The notes under the pieces: model-generated
What the model saw: the letters and a program-made list of their open reading frames with translations, nothing else
Databases searched by the model: none
Told to the model about the DNA's origin: nothing
Program-made: the position numbers and the translations under genes
Part shown: positions 39,840 through 53,426 of the stretch, piece after piece
Layout: each line of letters opens with the position of its first letter
Position numbering within the stretch: position 1 is the first letter of the stretch
Source: Azolla caroliniana
Taxonomy: Eukaryota; Plantae; Polypodiophyta
Direction: 5' to 3'
Length of the DNA: 64,000 bases
NCBI GenBank assembly: GCA_043228905.1
Contig: JBHGNT010000017.1
Location: forward strand, 14,570,001 to 14,634,000

Positions 39840-42627
39840 GGTTATTTGAAACAGGTAATATGTCGCAATTTAAGAACAGTCCATCCAAAAAAGCCACAAA
39901 ATAGGTCATTTCACAAAAAGGACCATCGCATGCGTAAAGGGTTTTGGAAATTGAATCAAAATATATTGATTTATACCATGTCCAAATATTTAGGGCTTTC
40001 AAAAAATGCCCCTAGTAATCGACGCATGAAATTTACAAGAGAACGTACAAAAATTACAAAATGACTAACATATATATTTATACATATTTGTGAATTGCCA
40101 TATTGATGTAACATACAATATTTACATTTCATATATGAGATCCATCACTTCCTAGAGATAAGCCTTCCCCTTCAGACCCACCCGATGAACTCGAAGAACT
40201 TTGTGAGGTCTCATCGTGATCATCACTAGCAACCAATGCATTGTCTTCATCCAATTACAATCCAACGTCACCGTGATTATGAGACATACTCCTTGTTCGT
40301 CTCTATGTTGCGTCAACATGCACATCTGGGATCTTCTCTTTTATTATCTTGATTGTAGTATGTCTTAGATGGTCTGTTTTGGTCAAGGAGAAGTCATACA
40401 CGAGTATGTCGACATTATCAAGTGCTAGAGTAGATGTGCTTGGTAGATTCTTTCTTCTCCGCTTTCTGCTTGTGCCTTCGTCATCCTTAACCATCTCTAA
40501 AGAGTACTTCCCAATAAATGCATCTTTGGAAGATGTATGATACCAATGAACCACAATAGATTTTACTTGATTGCCTTCATCATCCTTAATAATTTCAATG
40601 ATTTTGGCAATCTAGAAGGGATGACCCAACTTATCACCCCTAGCTAATGTTGCAACCAACATACCAACTTGTAGCTCATGTAGATTGCCTTGCCACCTCG
40701 CCTCTGCAACATGCGATAATCTTGGTCCCACGTAAATATCTCTTTGTCGTGGACGAACTAGATTATTTAATTCAAGATTATCTAGTGGATGTAAAGGAGT
40801 CGTGCTCGCCATTGATGGGCCACCAAGCACCCATTCAAATTGATTTGTAGTGGACAGTACCATGTAAAGTGGTTATCTAATATTGTATGTTGATGATTAA
40901 AGAAGACATCCCACCAATCCACATCCTGATCATCAACGTACTTTTTGGTTCACTCAATATTTTTCTGTTTTTCCTCAAGGCACCGCATCCAATATATCTT
41001 TTGCTCTTTAATTGAACTACCAATAACCAATATTTTATGGTCTTCATAGGGCATTTGCTTAGAACCATAGATTATTGCATTTGGGAAATGCAACAAGAGC
41101 CTACATCCGTCTTGTGGCTCCCATTGCAAACTAGATGAGTATTGTTTGGCATACAACATGGTCTGGTTGTGACCAACCACACTTTTTTGGATGAGGAAGA
41201 CGTGGTTAAAACTTATATTATTAAGTGGAGCAAGAACCCTACATCCAGTCCCATCACCATCCACACAAAAGCATTTGAAATCATATATTTCATGTAAATG
41301 TTGCACATCTATCTTGAGGGTATAAGCTTCAACGATCAACCTTGATAGCATAGGAAGTGTGTTCAAGCATCGCACCTCGCTAATTTCTTGGAGAACCTAC
41401 TAAACATTTGATCTATGTGATCATGTGTATGAACAACTAGCAAGAAGTTGACCTTAATCTTTTTGAAAATACCATTGTCTACTAACATGCTCAAATAAAC
41501 AAACATAGTTGAGTTCTTGTTTTCTCTCGTTGTGTTGTCAAGTTGCTCATAGTGTATTTTGTACACTACGTGAAAAACGTATAAAATAACCGATTGAATA
41601 AATATGAAGAAAAAGAAAGAAATATGAAAATATATATTACATGCATAGGGCAAGATTCAAACCTTGTACCTCCATGTTACTAATGTGAAGCCTTACCATT
41701 ACACTAACATATTATTAGTGTCAAAAAGTAGATGTCCCACATAGAAACTTAAGTTCATGCTAGGATAAACTTTAGGAAAACGTATGATAAAAGAAAAAGC
41801 TACACATGCACATCTAGCGTGTATGAACACTATAGTCAATAAAAAACGCATGACTTTAGAAAAAGCATGTTAGAGAAAGCATATAGTCTATTGATAGAAA
41901 AAGCATGGAGGGCATAATTAGAGAAAAAGCATGGATTGCCAAGACTCTCTCATCACTATATAAGGATGGGGAGCACAATGTAATAAGTGTGTGAAAACTT
42001 TGGAAATTGGATATATTTCAAAAAAACACTAAGTAATAAACTATACTCGTGGGATTCACGAGGTTTCTATATCCTTATCTTTCAATCTACATTCATATTC
42101 TTACATAAATATTGATTAATATAATACTTGTGGGATTCACAAGTTTTGATCTCTTTTCTCAATCTACTCTAATCTATTCTAAACTATTACAATTTATTAC
42201 TACGATTAAGATAGACTAAAACAATTATACTTGTGGGATTCACAAGTTTTTATATCTCTTTCTTATAATATATTCATATTCATAACTAGATTCGCCTCAA
42301 ATTCTTCCTCCTCCTAGTCCAAAACCCTGGTGGTTCCCACCCGACTCACGCAACGATCCGACGCCGAAAGGCACAACAACGTATCATATTGATGGGAGTA
42401 AACCTTGCCAACTCTGCAGAACTCTTGCATGACTGTCACTGTAAGATTAGGGTCGTTGTGGATATTTGGATAAGTTAGGAACACTTGAGGCCTTATTGTC
42501 TGACAATACAGAAGACATCCTACTAAGTGCATCTACACTAGGTATTCATCTCCAACATCCTTGGGCAACCTTTGAAAATGTGGCAAACAAGTTTTCTTCT
42601 GATCCATCCCATCTATAATCAAGCACA
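39840..42627 (-). mobile_element. DUF7869/Sola-like DDE DNA transposon, transposase pseudogene (3' portion)
   Basis: CLIIDGMDQKKTCLPHF (~42620) and QLDNTTRENKN..FLLVVHTHDHIDQMFSRFS (41380-41550). Interrupted by a solo LTR and cut by chromovirus copy 2. Confidence 0.72.
41560..42386 (+). mobile_element. Solo LTR inside the transposase
   Basis: TG...CA termini, flanks TATTT/TATTG, TATATAAGG near 41957. Removal joins LLPSI to HYEQLDN. Confidence 0.75.
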
Positions 42628-45600
42628 TGTCAGGAATAGTATTGAAACAGAGAGGAAATTAGTACTAAGCGATGAAGATTAGTACTAAGAGGAAAAGAGG
42701 GTGTAGAACACTCGAGAGAAGGAGAGAGAGAGAGAATGATGATGACAAAAGATATATTATGTGAAAAGAATATACAAGGATAGCTAGGAGGCTTAATACT
42801 GGCGTTGAACCGATTTGGTTCGAAATAATGCCTTATGCCTCCTTATATAGTGTTTTCAGGAGTACTCTTGAAGTTTCTAGAATGTTCTAGAGAAATCTGG
42901 AATATACATCAATTTTCTATAGTGAAATAATAAATGAAAATAATTTCCTTCGTATTACAATATATAGTTTACTGATAAGGGCTTGACCCATGTAACATAA
43001 GGTCATGGGTTCGAATCTTGCCATATCATGACACTATCCCCCTTTTAAAACGATGAGTGCTACGAGTCATTTTGGATTGGGGACCTGGTTTGTCTGGATA
43101 TCGATGATGGAAGTCTTTAAGAAGAGCACAAGCATTAGTCACATTCTCTATTGGTTCCCAAGTATGCTCGCTGGGACTATATCCTAGCTAATCGACCAAA
43201 TAGTAGAGCTTGTTGCGAACAATCTTGGAATCGAGGATGGCGGCAACCTCGTACTCAGGTCCATCTTCAAGTTCGATCGGGGGTGGAGGTGGTTTGATAC
43301 GACCTGGGATAGTGGTGTCGTGATAGGGTTCTAGAAGAGAACTATGAAATACCGGATGTATTCGTAGTTGCGGCGGTAGATCGAGATGAAAAGAGACATC
43401 ATTAATTTTTTCGATAATACGGAAAAGACATGATCGCTGATAATCCAATTTATCGCATGGGTGAGTAGTCTTGATGTGTCGTTATAATAGCCATCCCCGA
43501 TCTCCAATGTTAAAACTGGATGGAAGTCGATGACGATCCACATAATCCTTGTGTGTTTGTTGAGCTTGTTGTAAATGAGTAGATAAATCCGCATGTATCT
43601 TGCGTAGCTACTCCAAACGGTTCTCTGCACAAGGATTTGTGGGTAACTCCGGAGTTTCGAATACACACCACTAGGATGATAGCCCGTATAAGCATAAAAT
43701 GGTGTAACCTTAGTCGATGAGTGGACAGAGTTATTATACGCAAATTCGGCGAAGTGGAGAATATCCACCCAGTCATCTTGGTGATAGCTTAGGAAACACC
43801 GAAGATATTGTTCCAGCGTTTGATTTGTTCGTTCTGCTTGTCCATCTATTTGTGGTTGGTAGCCGGAGGAGAGGTTACAATTGACCTTGAGCATTTTGAA
43901 GAGGCACTTCCAGAATTTCGAGACGAATTGAGGTCCATGGTCGCTGATGATACTATCGGGGAGACCATTTTGATAGCTTAGGAAACACCGAAGATACTGT
44001 TCCAGCGTTTGATTTGTTCGTTCTGCTTGTCCATCTGTTTACGGGTGGTAGCCGGAGGAGAGGTTACAATTGACCTTGAGCATTTTGAAGAGGCGCTTCT
44101 AGAATTTCGAGATGAATTGAGGTCCATGGTCGCTGATGATACTATTGGGGAGACCATGATGCCGACATACCTTACGCATGACCGTTTCAACGGTTTCTTA
44201 ACTAGTGATTTCCTTAGTACATGGCAGGAAATGGGCCATCTTCGTATATCAATCTACTATTGTTAAGATCACATCGAATCCCTTAGAAACTAGAAGATCT
44301 ATGATGAAATCTAGAGCAATGAATTGGCACGTCTTGCTTGGAATTGGTAACGGTTCCAATAAACCATGTTGATGATGTCTTGGCATCTTTGCTTTGCAAC
44401 ATGTATCCCATGTCCAAACATAATCTTCGACAAATTGGTGCATATGGGGCCACCAGAATGATCGTTGTACTAAATCTAATGTTTTAGTACTGCCAAAATG
44501 CCCAGCTGCATATGTGTCATGACAATTTTGGACTACTCGAAGGCGACAAGAACCATTAGGAACATACAAGAGCTTCTTAAAGAATAGTAATCCATGATGA
44601 CATTCGAATTGTCAATAATCCGTACCAGGTTGTTGCAACTGTGAACAAGATGCCTAATAGGGGTCAATTTGTGCTAGAATGTCTTGAGCGAAAGCCTCTG
44701 TCTTCAAGTCCTCACGTATGGTATCGATAATCTGGGAATCCAATGGCATATTGAAAATTCGTGTTGCTTGTAGTCGTGCCGGTCCCAGGATTACTTGCTT
44801 TTGGTTATCAAATGCTGGCTATATACGAGTGCTGTGATAATGCAGATTTGCCTTCCCTTGTTGCTTCCCAGGACGATATGTAATTTTTAAGTCAAAACGA
44901 GTGAGGAATTGGGCCCATTAAGCTTGACGTCGATTTAATACACGAGCATTCTAGAAGTAGGCAAACTTTTTGTGATCATTGAATACGGTGTCTTGATGAG
45001 AAGGTCCCTCTAGAAAATGCTTCCATTGCGTAAAAGAGTCTACTATTGCTAATAGCTCTTTATCGTGAATTTCATAGTTGATTTCGACGGCGTCAAACTT
45101 GTGTGACTGGAAAGCCACAGTATGTAGTTTTTCATCATCACCTTGTTGTGAAAGAATGCTACCCAAGGTGAAATCCGACGCTTCTGCCTGAATGATGAAT
45201 GGTTTTGCTGGATCAACATGAGCTAGAATGGGAGCTAATGTAAATGCCTTCTTAAGACTCTCAAAAGCCATGTCTGCTTCTTTAGACCAAACAAATGACT
45301 GCCCCTTCTTGGTAAGTTGTGTGAGAGGCAGAATAAGCTTTGAGTAACCCTTTATAAAGTTGTGGTAGAAATTGGCAAAGCCTAAAAAGCATTGCACATC
45401 TTGCAATGAACGTGGAGTAGGCCACTCTACCACAATTGTGACCTTAGCTAGATCCATAGAGATGGCTTATGAGGAAATGACATAGCCTAGAAATTCCACC
45501 TGGTTGCACTCGAAACTACATTTTTCTAGTTTTGCATAAAGACCATGTTCTCAAAGTCCTTTTAGTACTAATGGTACATGAGAATCATGCTCTTCTTGGG

Positions 45601-45976
45601 TCTTCGAATAAACCAGTACATCATCCAAATAGATGATCAAACAAACATCTAAGAGATCTTGGAATATATCATTTGCCATGTGTTGGAAGACTGTTGGTGC
45701 ATTAGTGAGACCGAATGGCATGACCGTATACTCGAAGTGCCCATATCTGGTGCGAAACTGGGTCTTCCATTCATCTCCTAGTCGGATCTGTATGAGGTTA
45801 TATGCTCCTCGTATGTCGATCTTTGAGAAGAACCTTGCACCATTGATCCATTCTAAAAGACTTAAGATAAGGGGAAATGCATACCTATTCCTGATGGTGA
45901 CCTTATTCAAGCCACAATAGTCTACGACGAGACAAAGTGATCCATCCTTTTTCTTGACGAAGAAAATGGGAACGCC
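42628..45976 (-). mobile_element. Tcn1-like chromovirus copy 2: 3' LTR, chromodomain, IN, RNase H, RT
   Basis: 3' LTR 42628-43033 with PPT. PEYEVAAILDSKIVRNKLYYLVD chromodomain and YLDD RT. 189-bp tandem duplication in IN (43782/43971). Confidence 0.9.
42961..43028 (+). other. tRNA-like A-box/B-box module in LTR U3 (antisense to element); best-preserved B box of several copies
   Basis: TAGTTTACTGATAAG...AGGTCATGGGTTCGAATCTTG, with tRNA-like spacing and B box at 43008-43017. Confidence 0.65.
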
Positions 45977-46128
45977 GTACACCTGTTCCTCAAGGTCTCC
46001 TTGCAATAACGCATTTTTCACATCCATCTGATTTAGAGGCTAGCCCTACGCCGTTGACACTTCAAGCAAGACAAAGACTGTTGTCATCTTCGCAACCGGT
46101 ACGAAGGTCCCGTCATAATCGATTCCGT
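45977..46128 (-). mobile_element. ~150-bp copia RT remnant fused in frame to gypsy RT
   Basis: [35 protein letters not shown] directly joined to [12 protein letters not shown]. Confidence 0.8.
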
Positions 46129-48683
46129 TGTCGTGAAGGATTCAAGCCATAGAGAGAAACGAAGCCGGATACGTGTGAACGGGCGTATGCACGGATGCGT
46201 ACAAAAATTAAGTCTTTATGTACAAACATATGTAAATAGCATAGGACTAGTAAGTACTAGGGAGTAGGATTCAATGGGTACTTTAAAGTCCTGCACGGAT
46301 AGAGTGTTAGGATTTCGGTCCCTCTTGATGGGATGATGAAGGCCTGGTGAGAACTGGATGGTGAAGACCCGGCAAGAGTCGAATGATGCAAACCCGGTGA
46401 GAACCTCTCACCGGATGAAGGGACATATATGTAAATAGCCCGAAAGTCATATTAGTATAAATATGACTTAGGGCAAACAGGTTTTGTGTGTCGAGTTATT
46501 CTTTGTTGTCATTTCTTGGTGGAACTTATGTACAGAGTGTAACAAAGAGTGAGAGAGAGAAACAGAGTAAGTCTTTGTTGTAACCACCGCCAGGCGAAGA
46601 GAGTGAGTACGAGGTCGTTGCCTCTATGCCCCCTTGTTGTATTATTTGACATAATGATAGTTTGGAGTTTGTGGGCTCTCATGGTTTTTCCCTTTCAGGG
46701 TTTTCTACCTTAACATACTGTGTATTCTCTCTCACTTATGTGTGTTTGTGCATTTACTCTCATTGCCCATTTCTTCTGTGTTTGATTATCATTAAGTGAT
46801 CTAAGTGTCGGTTGTGGCCAAAGATTATTCCGCATATTCTGTCAATTTGGTATCAGAGTGAAACGACACAGAAAAAAAAATGGAAGATTCGTTGGGAGGC
46901 ATGTTCAAGCTCACCGGCTCGAACTACTCAATGTGGAAGTCGAAGATGAGGGACATGCTCGTGGTTAAAGATCTTTGGTTGCCGGTTCAGTTCAGGGACA
47001 AGAGACCAGACAAAATCGATGCCACGATATGGGAGGTGATGCACATGAAGACAACAGCCTACATACGGTGCTTCATCGACATGAGCCTGTACAACAACTT
47101 TAATGAGGAGAGTAAGGCTCATGAACTCTGGGAGAAGATCGGCATTATGTTTTAGAACAAAATGTTGTTAATCGTTTTGGTATTCCGAAAGCTAGTAAGA
47201 CTCTGGTACCAAGATGGCTCCAGCATGGTGGAGCACATGAATGCCTTCTAGGGGCTGATTCACCAGGCAACATCGTTGGAAGTACCTCTCGCCGATGAGG
47301 TACTAGCACTGGTCCTGCTCGGTTCCCTCCTGGATAGCTAGGAGATGTTGGTTGTCACTTTGGGCAACGCCAGGCCGGAAGGAAAACAATTATCCCTAGT
47401 AAGAGTCAAGTCGAGCTTGCTAGATGAGGAGGCGTGTCGGAAAGACAAGGATACGATCTCTGACTCCAAAGCGCTCCTTACCGAATCGGAACGCGGAAGA
47501 CAAAGGAACCGTAGTCCCCAGAACCGGGAAAAGTTGGGGACACGGTCAAAGTCAAGGGGGAGGCCTAATTGCTTCTATTGCGACAAGCCAGGGCACTTCC
47601 AGAAGAACTGTCGGCATTTTCGGAAAGACAAGGAAACTGACAGTACCGATTCGAAGCGGTCACTGAACCGGAAGGGAACGACGACAATCGTGGCAAGTGA
47701 AAAGAGTTGATGCTCATCACCGAGGAGAGTGAGTTGAACATTGCTGGCGACGAGACAACGTGGGTTGTTGATTCCGGGGCATCGTTCCATCTAACCCCGG
47801 ACCGGAAATGCTTCTCATCCTACACAGCTGGTGAGCATGGTTGTGTCCGGATGGGGAATGAAGGTACATGCCGAATTGTCGGCATAGGAGATGTGTGGTT
47901 GACAACACCAACCGGATGCAAAATGCTGTTGAAGGATGTCCGACACTTTCTTGAGGTTTGGTTGAACCTGATATCAGCCGGTAGGCTAGAAGATGAAGGC
48001 TACACTGGTAGCATCCAGAACGGTGTCATGAAGTTCAGCAAAGGGAGCCTGACAGTGGCTCGTGCCCGGAAGGTCAACACACTGTACCTGATGAATGCCC
48101 GTTATGCCGGGAAGAAGTGAATGTTGCATCCGAAACTGCCGGTGAGCTGTGGCACAAGAGACTATGTCACATGAGCGAGAAGGGGATGAAGAGGCTTGCC
48201 GATGACAACCTCATTCCGGTGAAAGATGTGCACCTTGAGAAGTGCACCGACTACTTGGCCGGTAAGAAAAACCGGACCTCCTTCCGCTCAAGGCCACCGA
48301 TGAGACGTAATGCACCATTGGAGCTGGTGCATACCGATGTGTGTCAAGTGGACACAAAGTCACATGCTAGATCGTAGTACTTCGTGACGTTCATAGACGA
48401 CTACAGCTGGAAGCTGTGGGCCACACCGTTGAAGATGAAAGATCAGGTGTTATCTGTCTTCAAGGAGCTCCACACAAGAGTGGAAAGAGAAACCGGCCGG
48501 AAGTTGAGGGCGGTTCGTGCAGATAACGGAGGAGAATACCGAGGGCAGTTTGAGGAGTATTGCCGCTCGAAGGGAATCCGACTCGAATTTACCGTGCCGA
48601 AGACGTCGGAACGAAACGGGCTGGCCGAGAGGATGAACCAGACCATAATGGAGAGGGTCCGGAGTATGCTGGCACATGCAAAG

Positions 48684-49547
48684 TGACAGGAACTCACGCT
48701 CCCTTCGCGCAACGCTCGACCACAACCGAGCTTAGAATCATACACAGAAAAAAACGGTGAAAGAATGCACGACACGAAGAAGAGAAGAGTACACATGATG
48801 TTTACGTGGAAAACCCAAACTAAGGGAAAAACCACGGCAGCCCACAGGCTGCAAACTATCACTATGTTAGAATGTACAACAGTGAGTTCACGGAGGCAAG
48901 GACCTCGTGCTCACGATCTTCGCCACAGGCGGCGGTTACAATAGAGGCAACGACCTCTTTCTCTCTCTGTACACAGTTACGCGCTCTCTCTCTCCTTGCA
49001 CCAAGAAGAATGACAACAACTCTACATAACCCAATAAGTTTGCCCTAAGTCATATTTATACTAATATGACTTTTTGGCTATTTACAAATATAGCCTCGAT
49101 GGACTCTCAGAAACATATTTACGAATATGTCTCTTCATCCGGTGAGCACTCCTCACCGAGTCTGCACCATCCGGCTCTCCATAGCCGGGTACTGCTCATC
49201 CGGTTCTCACTGGGTCTGCACCATCCGGCTCTCCGAAGCCGGGTACTCCTCATCCGGTTCTCACCGGGTCTGCACCATCCGGCTCTCTGAAGCCGGGTAC
49301 TCCTCATCCGGTTCTCACCGGGTCTGCACCATCTGGCTCTCCGAAGCCGGGTACTCCTCATTCGGACCTCACCGGGTCTGCACCATCCGGCTCTCCGAAG
49401 CTGGGTACTCCTCATCCGGTTCTCACCAGGTCTGCACCATCCGGCTCTCCGAAGCCGGGTACTCCTCATCCGGTTTCGGCCTCGGCCGAGTTTGCTCATC
49501 AGCACTGTTCTTCTCCCTTCCCATCCGGAGGGACCTGTTTCCTAACA
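48684..49547 (-). mobile_element. Solo LTR of a related copia family inserted in integrase
   Basis: TGACAG...CTAACA termini. Perfect TSD CAAAG. End resembles the LTR end at 26720-26745. Confidence 0.9.
49155..49475. repeat. 54-bp tandem repeat, six copies, within the solo LTR
   Basis: Unit TCTGCACCATCCGGCTCTCCGAAGCCGGGTACTCCTCATCCGGTTCTCACCGGG starting at 49161, 49215, 49269, 49323, 49377, 49431. Confidence 0.92.
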
Positions 49548-52500
49548 CAAAGTTACCCAAGATGTTTTGGGCTGAGGCGCTGTCGACAACGACATATGTG
49601 ATAAACAGGTCACCCTCAGTACCCTTGGATGGAGACACGCCGCAGAGAGTGTGCACCGGTAAGGAAGTGTCCTACTGGCATCTTAAGGTGTTCAGGTGTC
49701 TCGCGTACGTGCATGTTGCAAAGGACCGGAGAGCAAAGTTGGATCCAAAGTCCCGACCTTGCATATTCCTCGGATATGGTGATGATGAGTTCGGCCACCA
49801 CATGTGGGATCCGGTCGACAAGAAGGTTTTCCGGAGTCGAGATATTATCTCCATGGAGGACAAGACCCTTGCCAACTGGGAGTCGGAGAAGAAGATAATG
49901 AACTCCGAGTTGACCGGTAAGGATCGGTTCGATGAGATACGGACCTACCCGGCTAAGAGCCGGTTGACACTCGAAGAACCGGCTGGTTACGGAGAGGAAA
50001 CCGAACCGACCGAAGAAGAAGAAGAAACCGGAACCGGTCAGGATCCCAAACCGGATTCGGATGAAGAATAGACGCAGGAGCCGGTTACTGAAAACCGAAG
50101 TCGGAGATATCCTCTCCGGGAGAGAAGAGCCCCTCAGAGATTTCTGGATGTAGAGCGTGTGTTGCTAACCGTTGAGGGGGAGCCAGAAAGCTTCAAAGAA
50201 GCAAAGGAAGACACCCACAATAGGATGAGATGGATTCCCTACATGAGAACCACACTTATGAATAGGTGGAGTTGCCAAAAGGAAAGCGGGCACTCCGAAA
50301 TAAGTGGGTGTACAAGTTGAAATTGGGAGATGTCGGCAACCCCCCAAGGTACAAAGCCAGGATTGTGGTGAAGGGGTTCCAGCAGAAGAAGGGAGTGGAC
50401 TTCGACGAGATATTTGCCCTGATAGTGAAGATGACTTCCATCCGAACGGTGCTGAGCATAGCGGCAAGCATGGACCTCGAGGTAGAGTAGTTAGACGTGA
50501 AGACGACATTCCTCCATTGTGACCTTGAAGAGGAGATCTACATGCAGCAACAAGAGGGATTTGTGAAGAAAGGGAAGGAGCACCTAGTTTGCCGGTTGAG
50601 GAAGAGCCTCTACGGTTTGAAGCAGGCTCCCCGACAATGGTACTGGAAGTTCGACTCCTTCATGACCGATCAAGGGTACCACAAGACGTAGGCCGATCAC
50701 TGCATATTTGTGAAGAAGTTTGAAGGTGGAGACCTCCTGATACTCCTCCTATACGTGGATGACATGTTGATCATCGGACGAGAACAAGTCTAGATACGGA
50801 TGCTGAAGAAGGCTCTGAGCCGGACCTTCTCAATGAAAGACTTGGGTCCGGCAAGACAGATACTAGGGATGCATATCATCCGGGACCGGTCAAAGAAGCA
50901 ATTGTGGCTGTCACAAGAGAAATACGTGACAAAGGTGCTTCAACGGTTCAACATGTCAGATGCGAAACCGGTTGGATCGACACTCCCGGCAAACTGCAAG
51001 TTATCCGGTAAGCAAAGCCCGAAGACAAAGGCAGAGAAGGCGGATATGATGAAGATACCATATGCCTATGCTGTCAGGAGCTTAATGTATGCAATGGTGT
51101 GTACTTGATCGGATATCGGATATGCAGTCGGAGTGGTGAGTCGGTTTATGAGCAATCCTGGCAAGGAGCACTAGAATACGGTAAAATGGATACTCCGGTA
51201 TTTGAAGGGCACTTCGAGTATGTGCCTTCAATTTGGTTCAGGTAAACCCCAACTCGACGGATTCACAGATTCAGACATGTCGGCTTATGCAGATACCAGC
51301 CGGTCAACATCCAGATATGTCATGACATATGCGGGGGGAGCTGTTTCATGGCAATCGAGGCTACAGAAGACGGTTGCGTTGTCAACTACGGAAGCGGAGT
51401 ACATGGCAGTTGTGGAAGCTGGCAAGGAAATACTATGGATGAAGGACTTCATCGGAGAGTTAGGGATCTGGCAAGAGGAATACCGGCTCTATTGTGACAG
51501 TCAAAGCGCCATCCAGCTTGCGAAGAACGTGACGTATCATTCCAGGACGAAGCACATCCAGTGTAGGTACCACTGGATCCGGGAGCAAGTTGAAGATCAA
51601 GAGTTTGTGGTGAAAAAGATCCACATGGAAGAGAACGGGTCGGACATGCTGACCAAAGTGTTGACACCCGACAAGCTGGACGCATGTCGGACGCAGATCG
51701 GATTGACGAGGCATCCCATGCCGGAGTGAAGAGAGAGTTTGTTAGTATTTCGGTCCCTCCTAATGGGATGATGAAGGCCCGGTGAGAACCGGATGGTGAA
51801 GATCCGGCAAGAGTTGGATGATGCAGGCCCGGTGAGAACCTCCCATCGGATGAAGGGACATATATGTAAATATGTTTCTGTTAGCCCATTGTGGCTATAT
51901 TTGTAAATAGCCCGAAAGTCATATTAGTATAAATATGACTTAGGGCAAACAGGTTTTGTGTGTCGAGTTATTCTTTGTTGTCATTTCTTGGTGGAACTAA
52001 TGTACAGAGTGTAACAGAGAACGAGAGAGAGAAATAGAGTAAGTCTTTGTTGTAACTGCCGCCAAGCGAAGAGAGTGAGTACAAGGTCGTTGCCTCTGTG
52101 CCCCCTTGTTGTATTATTTGACATAGTGATAGTTTGGAGTTTGTGGGCTCCTGTGGTTTTTCCCTGTCAGGGTTTTCCACGTTAACATACTGTGTACTCT
52201 CTCTCACTTATGTGTGTTCGTGCATTTACTCTCATTGCCCATTTCTTCTGTGTTTGATTATCATTAAGTGATCTAAGTGTCGGTTGTGGCCAAAGATTAT
52301 TCCGCATATTCTTGTCATAGAGAGGATGCAAGGATTGGATGTGAAGAAATCGGGGAAAATCTCTGACACTGATCACGATGTTACGATCTCCCCTTGTGCT
52401 ATAAAAAGTGGGGTTTGAGACTGTTTCGGGGGAGACGTTTTTGGGGGGGACGAAGTGTTGCTGGACCGAGCTCTGCATGCTTCCTTCCTCTTCTCCGTTT

Positions 52501-53426
52501 CCGGTTTTGCCTGTCATTTTGCTGTGAGGCCTCTGTTTCGTGCTGGTAGCCTTTGTGCTCCTGATCAGAGGCTCACTAGTGTCTGCGTGTTTTTTTAGAG
52601 TGAGCTCGAAGCTCTTGTGCCGCTTGCGACCAGTTGTAACCTTTTCCTGTTTCCTCTGTTAATCGATTAGTTCGTTGAGTCTCTCTGTGTGCTTTGGGTT
52701 TCCCATGTTCTTGTCTCTGACCTATTTATGTTGTGTTGGGTATCCGAGCCAGTGAGGCCAAGAGCTCGTTGCTGCCAACCAGCATCTGGTTTGGGACCAT
52801 ACGCATCCCCAAGTCCATGTGTTCACCTTCCAACATCTTGAAACCATTCCGAACCGGACACGTGACCGCTAACCGATCTTGGGAAGATATCTGGACCCTG
52901 ATCCGAACAACCTTCCTACTCTCACCGGCTCTTTGGTCCGAGACCCCCGTGGTGCTACCCTATTTCAACATATCCACGTGGAATTCTGCGACATCTTTGA
53001 ACATCAGGTCATTTAGAACAAGTAATATGTCGCATTCCTTTATTGATAAATACACGAGATGTCAAGAATTACTATTTTTGAACAAACTTTCAAGAATGTA
53101 TCATGCATGCACACACGACTTTTAGAAACATCACTAAAAAATATAGTTAATATTATCAAGATTTCAAATTTAACCTATATTTTCTCAATTCATACACAGA
53201 TTTATCCGACTCTTAGGTTAGATTACGGGAATTTGTAATATGCTTCATTGTACATAATGTTGAATTCGAATCCAACTTAACAAATTTAGAAATGCAATTT
53301 TGTTGCTATATTTGTCTCTAAATCCTATAAAGATTGTTATATTGAATTAGTAAATAACATTTTTGGATATAATTAGAAACATATTCACGTATGAATATCG
53401 CATGATATACCACACATGCCCAAAAA

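Larger units (their letters stand above)
46305..52317 (+). mobile_element. Full-length but decayed Ty1/copia (MEDxxGGMFKLTG family)
   Basis: LTRs 46305-46844 and 51740-52317. Perfect TSD TAGAG. PBS TGGTATCAGAG at 46848. Gag-PR-IN-RT-RNase H with stops. Confidence 0.95.
46129..52993 (+). mobile_element. LTR (~850 bp, 46129-46304 plus 52323-52993) hosting the copia element below
   Basis: TGTCGT...GCGACA termini and TATAAAAA near 52400. Flanks do not match. Confidence 0.5.

Noticed and set aside
42961-43028. Functional tRNA genes at the tRNA-like modules
   Set aside because: Acceptor and anticodon stems do not pair convincingly and no anticodon can be assigned, so they are reported as tRNA-like modules only.
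49155-49475. CRISPR-like array
   Set aside because: Units are contiguous and near-identical with no unique spacers, in a eukaryotic LTR context. The same applies to 10290-10690 and 59640-60070.
49119-49505. Repetitive ORFs on both strands (MRSTRLRRAGWCRPGEN repeats)
   Set aside because: By-product of a 54-bp (multiple of 3) GC-rich tandem repeat in a solo LTR.
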